A stretch of 64,000 nucleotides of DNA, taken from IMG/VR virus record IMGVR_UViG_3300035661_000054; one strand, written 5' to 3'. Shown piece by piece: positions 9,431 to 16,813 of this stretch. The notes under the pieces were generated by a model, which saw only the letters and a list, made by a program, of their open reading frames with translations, was not told the origin of the DNA and did not search any database. Source of the DNA: a virus. Both the position numbers and the translations under genes were made by a program. Each line of letters starts with the position of its first letter. Positions within the stretch are counted from its first letter, which is position 1.

Positions 9431-10498
9431 TTATTTCCCACTTATCAAATTTCCAAATTGAGAAAAAATATCACTACCCATTTGAATTATCGATTGAGTC
9501 GTTGTTTGAGGAGCTTGTTCTTTCGATTGATCTATCACTTGAGGAACTTGTTCTACAGTTTGAGCTACAGTTTGAGCTATTGTTTGAGGAACTTGTTCTT
9601 TCGATTGATTTATCACTTGAGGAACTTGTTCTACAGTTTGAGCTACAGTTTGAGCTATTGTTTGAGGAACTTGTTCTTTTGATTGAACTATCGCTTGAGG
9701 AACTTGTTCTACAGTTTTAGCCACAGTTTGAGCTATTGTTTGAGGAACTTGTTCTTTCGCTTGAGATACTTGATCTTTAGCTTGAGCTACCACTTGAGAT
9801 GCTTGGTCTTTCATTTTAGCACCAGCTTGAGCTACTTGGTCTTTAATTTTAGCACCAGTTTGAGCTATTTGGTTTTTCAAAGATGTTACATCACTCATTA
9901 CTTCATTCAATTTTTCACCAAACTCTGATTTAATTTTTTCAGGAATTTGCGAAGCAGTTGAAGCATATTTATCTTTTTCAGCTTTCAATTTATCTGAAAT
10001 ATTTTTTTCTTTTTTAATTTCTTCAGAAAGTAGTGTTTTTTGTTCTTCTATTTGAGTTAAAGTTTCTTTAATCTCTGTTTTTCCTTCCTGACTTTTTCTG
10101 TAAACAGCATCTTTTGCACCAAGCTCTTTAAGTTTGTCTTCTAACTCAGATATTTTAGGTTGATATTTTGCAGTAATATCAGCAATTCCTTGTTTCATAT
10201 CAGTTGTTACTTTTAAAATAGCATCTTTATATTTTTTATTTTCTTCATCAGAAAGTGTTTTTTGAGCTTGTTTTACTTCTTGGTTTAATGTCATAAATTC
10301 TTTATATTTTGAAGAATATTCTTTATTTAGGTCATTTAATTTTTGTTTTAAAATTGAAGAAGTTTCAGTTGTTGAATCAACAGATGAAGCTGCACCTGGG
10401 GTGATTGAATTTGTTTTATAGGTATCTGTATTAGCAGATGCTATATTTAAACCAAACAATGCGGTGACGATTGATAATGATAATAATTTTTTTTTCAT
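9431..10498 (-). CDS. secreted coiled-coil protein with 26-aa tandem repeats (EQVPQTIAQTVAQTV...)
   Basis: Signal peptide MKKKLLSLSIVTALFGLNIASA; long K/E/Q-rich heptad-like sequence; three near-identical C-terminal repeats. Confidence 0.6.
   Translation of the reverse strand: MKKKLLSLSIVTALFGLNIASANTDTYKTNSITPGAASSVDSTTETSSILKQKLNDLNKEYSSKYKEFMTLNQEVKQAQKTLSDEENKKYKDAILKVTTDMKQGIADITAKYQPKISELEDKLKELGAKDAVYRKSQEGKTEIKETLTQIEEQKTLLSEEIKKEKNISDKLKAEKDKYASTASQIPEKIKSEFGEKLNEVMSDVTSLKNQIAQTGAKIKDQVAQAGAKMKDQASQVVAQAKDQVSQAKEQVPQTIAQTVAKTVEQVPQAIVQSKEQVPQTIAQTVAQTVEQVPQVINQSKEQVPQTIAQTVAQTVEQVPQVIDQSKEQAPQTTTQSIIQMGSDIFSQFGNLISGK
9506..9760. repeat. 78-bp direct tandem repeats (3 copies plus degenerate) inside CDS 9431-10498
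   Basis: tgaggaacttgttctttcgattgat.tatcacttgaggaacttgttctacagtttgagctacagtttgagctattgtt repeated at 9506, 9584, 9662. Confidence 0.85.
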
Positions 10499-10703
10499 GA
10501 TTTTTCTCCTTTTATGTTATGAATATGTCATTTAACTTTTAATAAATATTATCAGTTAATATTGTTTTTTTAATATTAAATATAAATAAAAATAGAAAAC
10601 AATGTTTTAATTCTTTGTTTTTAGATTATTTAATATTTGTTTTTTATATTTTTTAATGTATATTGATATTTTTAACCCACATTAGTGGATTTTTTTAATC
10701 TCT

Positions 10704-11447
10704 TTGGAGAGCTTTATTATGCAAAACAATTTTATTGCAGCTGTTTTTGACACAGAAACCACCGACATTAATGGTGAAATTATTCAAACTGGTTTTTTAG
10801 GTTTAAGTGGTAATTTTATTTACGACAACCAACAACCTTTAGTTTGGGGTCAAAATTATAAACCAGAAGGAAAAATTACTTTTGGTGCTATGGCAACTCA
10901 TCATATTCTTCCTGAAGAATTAGAGAATTGCCCTCCTTCAAGTTCTTTTTCTTTTCCAAAAGAAATTATTTACATGATTGGTCATAATGTTGATTACGAT
11001 TACGAAGTATCTGGAAAACCAGAGCATGTAAAACGTATTGATACTCTGGCTATGTCTCGTAAATTATATCCAGAAGATTCACACACTTTATCAGCAATGG
11101 TTTATCGTTTACAAACAGATAAAAAGGTTGCAAGAGAAATGGTGAAGATTGCTCATGATGCTCAAGGTGATGTTCGTATGACTTATTGGCTTTTATGTCA
11201 ATTAATTGAAGAAGCTAATAAGCGATTGAATGAGACTTCAAGTTCTTTCCGTCTTGTTGACTGGGAAAGTTTGTATCAGTTCTCTGAGCATTCTCGTATC
11301 CCTGATGTTATGCCTTTTGGTAAGCATAAAGGTGTTGCAATTAAAGAAGTTCCTGAAGATTATGTAAACTGGTATCGTCGTCAAGAGTCTCCAGATCCTT
11401 ACATTATTAAGGCTTTTGCTAAAGTGTTTCCAATAAAATCTGTTTAA
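10704..11447 (+). CDS. DnaQ/DexA-like 3'-5' exonuclease (DEDDh) with C-terminal DUF3820-like domain
   Basis: Exo I FDTETTD, Exo II HNVDYDYE, Exo III HDAQGDV; C-terminal FGKHKGVAIKEVPEDYVNWY resembles DUF3820 signature. Confidence 0.65.
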   Translation: MESFIMQNNFIAAVFDTETTDINGEIIQTGFLGLSGNFIYDNQQPLVWGQNYKPEGKITFGAMATHHILPEELENCPPSSSFSFPKEIIYMIGHNVDYDYEVSGKPEHVKRIDTLAMSRKLYPEDSHTLSAMVYRLQTDKKVAREMVKIAHDAQGDVRMTYWLLCQLIEEANKRLNETSSSFRLVDWESLYQFSEHSRIPDVMPFGKHKGVAIKEVPEDYVNWYRRQESPDPYIIKAFAKVFPIKSV

Positions 11448-11524
11448 AGGAACATTAACCATTTTATGAGCTTGAAATGAAATAAATATTTCAAGCTTTT
11501 AATAAAATAGCACTTGCATTTTGC

Positions 11525-11866
11525 TTGTGCTATTCTTTAAAGGAGTTATTCATGTGTAACGACTGCAATAATTTAGGTGAAGAAGATAAAGAGATTGATA
11601 TTGGAATTATTTTAGAAGAGCTTGATAATTTAACAGATGTTGAACTATCAAATCATCCTAAATTGAATTATTATATCAATACACTGAAAGATTTAATACC
11701 TTATGATTCTTATTGTCAATGTCCTCATGTGATGCCTCCGTGCTATCACTGTGAGAATTTTCAAAGGCAATCTTATGAGTTGGAGCGATTGATTAAAGTG
11801 AAAAAAGGCACTTCTAAATCAGTCATAGAACAAAATATTGAAGATATTTATTTAAATATTTTTTAA
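11525..11866 (+). CDS. small Cys-motif protein (paralogue of next gene)
   Basis: CQCPHVMPPCYHCENF and conserved C-terminus IEDIYLNIF shared with 11878-12228. Confidence 0.45.
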   Translation: MCYSLKELFMCNDCNNLGEEDKEIDIGIILEELDNLTDVELSNHPKLNYYINTLKDLIPYDSYCQCPHVMPPCYHCENFQRQSYELERLIKVKKGTSKSVIEQNIEDIYLNIF

Positions 11867-11877
11867 AAGAGGCTTTT

Positions 11878-12228
11878 ATGGAAGAGTTTAAAAAAGAAAT
11901 CATTTATTTTGGATCTTTTTCAAAAGATGAGTACAAAAAGAAAGCCAGGTTAATTTATAATGAATTAAACAAGCTTTCTGATGAACAAATTATGGAACTT
12001 GAGAATGTCGATATAGTTATAGAGAATTTTTATAACTCTATTTCTTACTTTGGCCCTTGTCGTTGCAAAGATGGAAATTCTTGCCGTTTTCATAAATTTT
12101 TAAACAAACAACTGACTTTAAAAGGAAGGTTGAAAGATATTAAAAAGAAAATTGAACAAAAAGCTACCGATGAATTTATATCAGTAGTTGAAAAAAACAT
12201 AAGAGATATTTCTTTAAATATTTTTTAG
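11878..12228 (+). CDS. small Cys-motif protein (paralogue of previous gene)
   Basis: CRCKDGNSCRFHKF and C-terminus IRDISLNIF. Confidence 0.45.
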   Translation: MEEFKKEIIYFGSFSKDEYKKKARLIYNELNKLSDEQIMELENVDIVIENFYNSISYFGPCRCKDGNSCRFHKFLNKQLTLKGRLKDIKKKIEQKATDEFISVVEKNIRDISLNIF

Positions 12229-12347
12229 TTTTATTTAAGGATTTTTGGGTTTTCCCTTAAGTCCTTGATTTTAATATTATATCTTATTATATCTTTTTAA
12301 AGATATAATAATATATAATTTTATTTAAAAAAAATAACAAAAAGCTA

Positions 12348-12376
12348 TTGACAAAATTAAAATTATGTTTTATTAT
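12348..12376 (+). promoter_or_regulatory. sigma70-type promoter TTGACA-N17-TATTAT at head of tRNA array
   Basis: TTGACA 12348-12353, TATTAT 12371-12376. Confidence 0.5.
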
Positions 12377-12559
12377 ATTTAGATAATTTGTTCTTGAGAT
12401 TTTTCTCAGGTTCGCAACAAAAGGAATTTTAAAAATGAAAAACCAAAAATTAAAATTAAATTCAAATAAATGGGGTGTAAATAATGCCTTATCCCTTTAT
12501 TTGTCTTTTTCTGGGTTTTTCATAAAAGAAATGTAATTTAAATTAATTAGATTTCATGA

Positions 12560-12585
12560 AAAACCCGCCAAAAGCGGGTTTTTTA
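12560..12585 (+). terminator. rho-independent terminator
   Basis: aaaacccgccaaaagcgggtttttt. Confidence 0.7.
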
Positions 12586-12633
12586 GTTTTTGACTTTTAT
12601 TTTTTTTTGTTGTGTTGCAATTTATAAAAATTT

Positions 12634-12718
12634 GGGCTTGTGGTGGAACGGTATACACGTTAGTCTTAGAAACTAATGCCTTTTAGGATTGAGAGTTCAA
12701 GTCTCTCCAGGCCCACCA
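12634..12718 (+). tRNA. tRNA-Leu (anticodon TAG), long variable arm, CCA encoded
   Basis: Acceptor gggcttg/caggccc, anticodon arm ttagt-cttagaa-actaa, T-loop ttcaagt. Confidence 0.8.
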
Positions 12719-12761
12719 AAAAATCTTTTAAGGATTTAATGATTTCCTTTAAGGATTAAAT

Positions 12762-12835
12762 AAGGGGTTGATGTAATGGTAGCATAAGGGATTCCAAATC
12801 CTTTTGTATGGGTTCAAGTCCTATGCCCTTTGCCA
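12762..12835 (+). tRNA. tRNA-Trp (anticodon CCA)
   Basis: Anticodon arm aggga-ttccaaa-tcctt; T arm atggg-ttcaagt-cctat; 3' gcca. Confidence 0.75.
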
Positions 12836-12904
12836 AATTAAAGTGTTTGACAATGCTAAATGGTTTTGTTATAATACTTAAAAATCCTTAGAAATAAGGT
12901 AAAT

Positions 12905-12988
12905 GTCAGGGTGGTGGAACGGTATACACATCAGACTTAAAATCTGACGCTTTCGAGATTGAGGGTTCAAGTCCCTCCTCTGATACCA
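12905..12988 (+). tRNA. tRNA-Leu (anticodon TAA), long variable arm
   Basis: Anticodon arm tcaga-cttaaaa-tctga; D arm identical to Leu(TAG) copy; 3' acca. Confidence 0.75.
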
Positions 12989-13226
12989 AATTTGACACAG
13001 TTTTGTAAGTGTGTTATAATAAATGTCATGTAATAGGCCGTTATGTTGACAAAAAATAGCGAACCTCACTACCGTAGGGTGGGTGTTTAAGAATACAGGT
13101 AAAATATACTGAACTACGGACTAATTTCATACCAACCTTTGAAACTTTCGGTGCTAAAAGGATTGTGTAAAGTTAAAGAAATGTTAGGAATTGAGTACTA
13201 TTGATTTTCTTTAAAACCGTAAAATG

Positions 13227-13309
13227 TAGGGGTGGCAGAGTGGTTGAATGCACCTGACTGTAAATCAGGCTCTTAGGACACGTAGGTTCAAATCCTACCC
13301 CTTACACCA
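13227..13309 (+). tRNA. tRNA-Tyr (anticodon GTA), long variable arm
   Basis: Acceptor gtagggg/cccttac, anticodon arm cctga-ctgtaaa-tcagg, T arm gtagg-ttcaaat-cctac. Confidence 0.8.
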
Positions 13310-13400
13310 GAATTGTGGTTCAGTTACTTTGAGAGAAATTTTATTTTTACTGAACCCAGAATGCTCCTCAAAATCCTCCTTATTTGGGTTGAGCTTCTGA

Positions 13401-13474
13401 CCTTGATAAATAACAGCCTTTACGTGGCTTCAAGGATAAGTAGGATTTAAAAATCTGAAACCAATGTTATTAAG
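13401..13474 (+). repeat. inter-tRNA repeat element copy 1 (ccttgataaataacagcctttacgtggcttcaagg + ggatttaaaaatc hairpin)
   Basis: One of 8 related copies between tRNA genes. Confidence 0.8.
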
Positions 13475-13496
13475 AATGTATGGTATATGATTAAAG

Positions 13497-13570
13497 TGGT
13501 GTTGGTGTAATGCAGTAGACTTTTAATCTGTTGATTGATGGTTCGAGTTCATTTTATTCCGCCAGATTTG
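13497..13570 (+). pseudogene. tRNA-Lys(TTT)-like pseudogene (D-arm deletion, poor acceptor/T stems)
   Basis: Shares gtaatgcag.agacttttaatctgttgattgatggttcga with intact tRNA-Lys at 14300 but lacks about 6 nt of D arm and CCA-proximal pairing. Confidence 0.4.
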
Positions 13571-13737
13571 ATCTTTAAAATTGTAAGGAACTTGGCTATA
13601 GTTTTTAAGTATGTTGTAGTAAGGTATTGGGGGTATTTGCTTTAAATGTTTGTTTAATGCGCTTACATTGTTGTTCATTATATGCCTTATAAAATAGGAA
13701 TAATAACACTTGGTAAAAATAATTAAAGTATTAGGAG

Positions 13738-14031
13738 ATGTCATTAATGAATGCGCAACGAAAATATAACAAACTAAAGAAAAGACTTGGTATTGCTAAA
13801 GAATCTATCATTCATCAAATGATTTTGTTATATGGTGATACTAACTTAGCGTATGGTAAAGCGTATACTATTCTAAAGAAATTAACTACTAAAGTCTTAA
13901 AGGAAGTTAAACCTGAAATACTTGATGATGAATACGAGTTTAATAAACATTATTGTAAGAATCAAGTTTATGTTAATTTGAAGCATAGAGGTTTTTCTAA
14001 AATTAAATCAAAATACTTTAGAATTAGATGA
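13738..14031 (+). CDS. hypothetical small basic protein embedded in tRNA array
   Basis: 97-aa ORF with aggag RBS; start may be second ATG at 13747. Confidence 0.3.
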   Translation: MSLMNAQRKYNKLKKRLGIAKESIIHQMILLYGDTNLAYGKAYTILKKLTTKVLKEVKPEILDDEYEFNKHYCKNQVYVNLKHRGFSKIKSKYFRIR

Positions 14032-14040
14032 ATAAGAAAT

Positions 14041-14114
14041 GCGGGATTGATGTAGTGGTAACATGCTATCCTTCCAAGTTGGTCTCAACGGTTCGAATCC
14101 GTTATCCCGCTCCA
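14041..14114 (+). tRNA. tRNA-Gly (anticodon TCC)
   Basis: Acceptor gcgggat/atcccgc perfect; loop c-t-TCC-a-a; anticodon stem has U30-U40 mismatch. Confidence 0.65.
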
Positions 14115-14115
14115 A

Positions 14116-14188
14116 CCATAATTAATAACGGCCTTTACGTGGCTTTAGGGATAAGTAGGATTTAAAAATCTGAAACCAATGTTATTAA
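14116..14188 (+). repeat. inter-tRNA repeat element copy 2
   Basis: ccataattaataacggcctttacgtggctttagggataagtaggatttaaaaatctgaaaccaatgttattaag. Confidence 0.8.
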
Positions 14189-14256
14189 GAATGTAGAGTA
14201 TGTGATTAAAGTAATCCTGCGGTAAGGGATAATGTTTTGATTCTTTATGTTCTTTG

Positions 14257-14285
14257 TTGACATTATTATTTCTTTGAAGTATAAT
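14257..14285 (+). promoter_or_regulatory. sigma70-type promoter TTGACA-N17-TATAAT upstream of tRNA-Lys
   Basis: TTGACA 14257-14262, TATAAT 14280-14285. Confidence 0.55.
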
Positions 14286-14299
14286 GTAAATAAATTAAA

Positions 14300-14374
14300 G
14301 GGGTGGTAGCATAATGGTAATGCAGCAGACTTTTAATCTGTTGATTGATGGTTCGACTCCATCTCATCCCACCA
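14300..14374 (+). tRNA. tRNA-Lys (anticodon TTT)
   Basis: Acceptor ggggtgg/tcatccc, anticodon arm gcaga-cttttaa-tctgt, T arm gatgg-ttcgact-ccatc. Confidence 0.8.
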
Positions 14375-14489
14375 AATTAAATGTTATCAAATGGCTTAAC
14401 ATTTGACGTTTCAATTCATAACGAAAGAATTGACTATGATAGGTAAAGAGAATAGAGTTCCGTAGATCCTATCCTAACTACGGTAAATT

Positions 14490-14565
14490 GCGTGATTGAT
14501 GTTTAATGGTAGCATGTTGTCCTTCCAAGTCAATCGTAGCGGTTCGAATCCGCTATCACGCTCCA
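14490..14565 (+). tRNA. tRNA-Gly (anticodon TCC), second copy
   Basis: Acceptor gcgtgat/atcacgc perfect; same cttccaa loop and same U30-U40 mismatch. Confidence 0.65.
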
Positions 14566-14566
14566 A

Positions 14567-14640
14567 CCCTAATTAATAATAGCCTTTACGTGGCTTTAGG
14601 GATAAGTAAGATTGAGAAAATCTGAAACTAATATTATTAA
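14567..14640 (+). repeat. inter-tRNA repeat element copy 3 (compensatory stem ccctaa/ttaggg)
   Basis: ccctaattaataatagcctttacgtggctttagggataagtaagattgagaaaatctgaaactaatattattaa. Confidence 0.8.
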
Positions 14641-14641
14641 T

Positions 14642-14729
14642 GGAATCGTGGCAGAGCGGTTGAATGCAACGGTCTTGAAAACCGTCGAGGGTAATACCTC
14701 CGTGAGTTCGAATCTCACCGATTCCGCCA
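14642..14729 (+). tRNA. tRNA-Ser (anticodon TGA), long variable arm
   Basis: Acceptor ggaatcg/cgattcc, anticodon arm acggt-cttgaaa-accgt, T arm with ttcgaat. Confidence 0.85.
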
Positions 14730-14795
14730 AATAAATTTGACATATTTATTTTTATTTGTTATAATTCACAAATATGATAATTTAGTCAATTAAAT

Positions 14796-14870
14796 TGGTG
14801 TGTGGCGCAGCGGTAGCGCAGCGGACTGTTAATCCGTTGGTCGTAGGTTCGAATCCTACCATACCAGCCA
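14796..14870 (+). tRNA. tRNA-Asn (anticodon GTT)
   Basis: Acceptor tggtgtg/catacca, D arm gcgc-agcggta-gcgc, anticodon arm gcgga-ctgttaa-tccgt. Confidence 0.8.
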
Positions 14871-14871
14871 A

Positions 14872-14916
14872 CTCTCAAAATAGAACTGGCCTTTATGTGG
14901 CTTGAGAGATAAGTAG
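14872..14916 (+). repeat. inter-tRNA repeat element copy 4 (partial; compensatory stem ctctcaa/ttgagag)
   Basis: ctctcaaaatagaactggcctttatgtggcttgagagataagtag. Confidence 0.7.
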
Positions 14917-15221
14917 TTTGCGATTGTCTTTTTGAATGGCAATTCTAACGAAACCAACAGTTTAGAGTGTGGTAAGCTCGATAGGTTAATGTTAAGCCTA
15001 ATAATGGATAAGAAGGATACTCCAATCCAGATAATTAATTAATGTATTAATTTAGTAACAATCAGGGTAATCCAGATGTTTTAGTCTCGCAAAACGATAA
15101 CAGTTACAACTGTCGAGAATAAATTATTGTTTTTTAATTTGATTAATGAATGAGTTAGATTTGATCACTAATGAGTTTATTGTGGAACTATAGTTTAAAA
15201 GCCTTCAATAACATAAATAAT

Positions 15222-15297
15222 TGCAGAGTAGTAGCAGTGGTAGCTCGTCAGCCTCATAAGCTGAAGGTCGGTGGTTCGAATCCATCCTCTGCGTCCA
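15222..15297 (+). tRNA. tRNA with anticodon CAT (Met elongator, initiator or lysidine-modified Ile2)
   Basis: Acceptor tgcagag/ctctgcg, anticodon arm tcagc-ctcataa-gctga perfect, T arm ggtgg-ttcgaat-ccatc. Confidence 0.8.
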
Positions 15298-15355
15298 AAA
15301 TATTTAGTTAGCTACAGTGATTCAATAATTATTGTAAAAATAATTATAAAAACTA

Positions 15356-15384
15356 TTGACAAATAGAAAAATATGTTTTATAAT
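15356..15384 (+). promoter_or_regulatory. sigma70-type promoter TTGACA-N17-TATAAT
   Basis: TTGACA 15356-15361, TATAAT 15379-15384. Confidence 0.55.
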
Positions 15385-15436
15385 TATTTTATGTTTTTGC
15401 TTAAGTTTTTAAGCGTTATTTTAAAGGAAGAAGAAA

Positions 15437-15562
15437 ATGAACAAAGCTCATATTAATTTTATTAGTGTTGATTTTACAGCTCAAGCTGTAAGCTTTGTTA
15501 CGCCTATGGAATTTGCTATGCCTCAAGCGCAGACTGAGATTAGCGAAAAAGGGACGGGTTGA
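15437..15562 (+). CDS. small ORF (41 aa, MNKAHINFISVDFTAQAVSFVTPMEFAMPQAQTEISEKGTG) with own promoter and terminator inside tRNA array
   Basis: RBS aaggaag 7 nt upstream of ATG; promoter 15356-15384; terminator 15590-15617; not in ORF track because <60 aa. Confidence 0.3.
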   Translation: MNKAHINFISVDFTAQAVSFVTPMEFAMPQAQTEISEKGTG

Positions 15563-15589
15563 TAATACTTCTTTAATTAGATTTTATTT

Positions 15590-15617
15590 AAAACCCGCCA
15601 TTAAAGCGGGTTTTTTT
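15590..15617 (+). terminator. rho-independent terminator
   Basis: aaaacccgccattaaagcgggttttttt. Confidence 0.7.
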
Positions 15618-15620
15618 ATA

Positions 15621-15690
15621 CCTTGATAAATAACAGCCTTTACGTGGCTTCAAGGATAAGTAGGATTAAAATCCGAAACTAATGTTATTA
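15621..15690 (+). repeat. inter-tRNA repeat element copy 5
   Basis: ccttgataaataacagcctttacgtggcttcaaggataagtaggattaaaatccgaaactaatgttattaaa. Confidence 0.8.
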
Positions 15691-15696
15691 AATCGT

Positions 15697-15772
15697 GGGG
15701 TTATGGTATAAATGGCTAACACAGTACCCTTGCAAGGTACAGTTCTGAGTTCGATGCTCAGTGGCTCCACCA
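15697..15772 (+). tRNA. tRNA-Ala (anticodon TGC) with G3-U70
   Basis: Acceptor ggggtta/tggctcc gives G3:U70 wobble; anticodon arm gtacc-cttgcaa-ggtac perfect; T arm ctgag-ttcgatg-ctcag. Confidence 0.8.
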
Positions 15773-15778
15773 AAAAAT

Positions 15779-15854
15779 TGTTTCTTAGCTCAGTTGGTAG
15801 AGCATTCGGCTGATAACCGAAAGGTCACTGGTTCAAATCCAGTAGAAACAACCA
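15779..15854 (+). tRNA. tRNA-Ile (anticodon GAT)
   Basis: Acceptor tgtttct/agaaaca, D arm gctc-agttggtag-agc, anticodon arm ttcgg-ctgataa-ccgaa. Confidence 0.85.
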
Positions 15855-15855
15855 T

Positions 15856-15931
15856 CAGTATGTAGGGAAGTTGGTATCCCACTTGATTTGGATTCAAGAG
15901 ATCGTAGGTTCGAGTCCTACCATACTGACCA
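15856..15931 (+). tRNA. tRNA-Pro (anticodon TGG)
   Basis: Acceptor cagtatg/catactg perfect, anticodon arm cttga-tttggat-tcaag, T arm gtagg-ttcgagt-cctac. Confidence 0.85.
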
Positions 15932-15938
15932 AAAATTT

Positions 15939-16015
15939 GTCTCCTTCGACTATGTTGGTTAGGTCATTACTCTCTCAGGGTGAAAAGATGGGATCGTCGC
16001 CCATAGGAGACTCCA
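15939..16015 (+). tRNA. tRNA-Glu variant (anticodon CTC)
   Basis: Acceptor gtctcct/aggagac perfect; anticodon arm ttact-ctctcag-ggtga; paralogue of Glu(TTC) at 16259; unusual T loop atcgtcg. Confidence 0.6.
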
Positions 16016-16022
16016 AATAAAT

Positions 16023-16099
16023 GGTTAATTAGCTCAGTTGGTTAGAGCGTTTCACTCATAACGAAAAGGTCGGTGGTTCAATTCCACCATTAACCACCA
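16023..16099 (+). tRNA. tRNA with anticodon CAT (second copy; Met or Ile2)
   Basis: Acceptor ggttaat/attaacc perfect; loop c-t-CAT-a-a; A31-C39 mismatch at base of anticodon stem. Confidence 0.75.
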
Positions 16100-16101
16100 A
16101 A

Positions 16102-16173
16102 CCTTGATGAATAACAGCCTTTACGTGGCTTCAAGGATAAGTAGGATTAAAATCCGAAACTAATGTTGTTAAA
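16102..16173 (+). repeat. inter-tRNA repeat element copy 6
   Basis: near-identical to copy 5. Confidence 0.8.
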
Positions 16174-16177
16174 TCGT

Positions 16178-16253
16178 GGGGTTATGGTATAAATGGCTAA
16201 CACAGTACCCTTGCAAGGTACAGTTCTGAGTTCGATGCTCAGTGGCTCCACCA
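16178..16253 (+). tRNA. tRNA-Ala (anticodon TGC), duplicate
   Basis: Identical to 15697-15772. Confidence 0.8.
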
Positions 16254-16258
16254 AAAAA

Positions 16259-16335
16259 GTCTCCTTCGACTATGTTGGTTAGGTCATCACCCTTTCAAGG
16301 TGAAGAGATGGGATCGTCACCCATAGGAGACGCCA
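16259..16335 (+). tRNA. tRNA-Glu (anticodon TTC)
   Basis: Acceptor gtctcct/aggagac; anticodon arm tcacc-ctttcaa-ggtga perfect. Confidence 0.75.
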
Positions 16336-16342
16336 AATAAAT

Positions 16343-16419
16343 GGTTAATTGGCTAAGTTGGTTAGAGTGTTTCACTCATAACGAAAAGGTCGGTGGTTCA
16401 ATTCCACTATTAACAACCA
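16343..16419 (+). tRNA. tRNA with anticodon CAT (third copy; diverged, G1-A72 mismatch)
   Basis: Same anticodon arm as 16023 copy; D arm changed (ggctaagttggttagagtg); 3' acceptor attaaca leaves position 1-72 unpaired. Confidence 0.6.
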
Positions 16420-16421
16420 AA

Positions 16422-16490
16422 CCTTGATGAATAACAGCCTTTACGTGGCTTCAAGGATAAGTAGGATTAAAATCCGAAACTAATGTTATT
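16422..16490 (+). repeat. inter-tRNA repeat element copy 7
   Basis: ccttgatgaataacagcctttacgtggcttcaaggataagtaggattaaaatccgaaactaatgttatt. Confidence 0.8.
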
Positions 16491-16493
16491 GAA

Positions 16494-16581
16494 GGAAGAT
16501 TGTCAGAGTGGTCTATTGTGCTTCTTTGCTAAAGAAGTGGGTTTAATCGCCCCACAGGTTCGAATCCTGTATCTTCCGCCA
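16494..16581 (+). tRNA. tRNA-Ser (anticodon GCT), long variable arm
   Basis: Acceptor ggaagat/atcttcc, anticodon arm cttct-ttgctaa-agaag, variable arm tgggtttaatcgcccca. Confidence 0.85.
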
Positions 16582-16583
16582 AT

Positions 16584-16657
16584 TCAGGGATCGTCTAATG
16601 GTAGGACACGAGACTTTGATTCTCGGTATTGTGGTTCGACTCCATGTCCCTGAGCCA
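16584..16657 (+). tRNA. tRNA-Gln (anticodon TTG)
   Basis: Acceptor tcaggga/tccctga perfect, anticodon arm cgaga-ctttgat-tctcg perfect. Confidence 0.8.
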
Positions 16658-16658
16658 T

Positions 16659-16733
16659 GTTTATTTAGCTTAATGGTAGAGCATTTCGTTTACACCGAAA
16701 GGGTTGGGGGTTCGAATCCCTCAAGAAACACCA
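16659..16733 (+). tRNA. tRNA-Val (anticodon TAC)
   Basis: Anticodon arm tttcg-tttacac-cgaaa, D arm gctt-aatggta-gagc, T arm ggggg-ttcgaat-ccctc. Confidence 0.75.
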
Positions 16734-16737
16734 ACTT

Positions 16738-16811
16738 GCCGCTTTAGTATAATGGCATTACAGTTGACTTGTAATCATCTGATCGCAGTTCGATTCTGTG
16801 AAGCGGCACCA
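16738..16811 (+). tRNA. tRNA-Thr (anticodon TGT)
   Basis: Acceptor gccgctt/aagcggc perfect; loop c-t-TGT-a-a; one U-U mismatch in anticodon stem. Confidence 0.7.
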
Positions 16812-16813
16812 AA

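Noticed and set aside
9347-9928. Three plus-strand ORFs (9347-9682, 9502-9720, 9683-9928) across the 78-bp tandem repeats
   Set aside because: Antisense to the secreted repeat protein 9431-10498; repeats keep alternative frames open; translations are low-complexity L/F/S
11238-11462. 74-aa minus ORF inside exonuclease gene
   Set aside because: Antisense to motif-supported gene
12878-13069. 63-aa minus ORF covering tRNA-Leu(TAA)
   Set aside because: Overlaps a well-folded tRNA gene
13523-13744. 73-aa minus ORF in tRNA array
   Set aside because: Overlaps tRNA-Lys-like element and the RBS/start of 13738-14031; no RBS
14375-14489. Fragment gtttcaattcataacgaaag resembling the CAT-tRNA anticodon arm
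   Set aside because: Only the anticodon stem-loop is recognisable; no acceptor, D or T arms. Likely a decayed duplicate
14880-15220. Possible additional tRNA or ncRNA between tRNA-Asn and tRNA-CAT
   Set aside because: Several hairpins (e.g. tctcg...acagttacaactgt...cgaga) but no cloverleaf with T-loop/acceptor could be built; left unannotated
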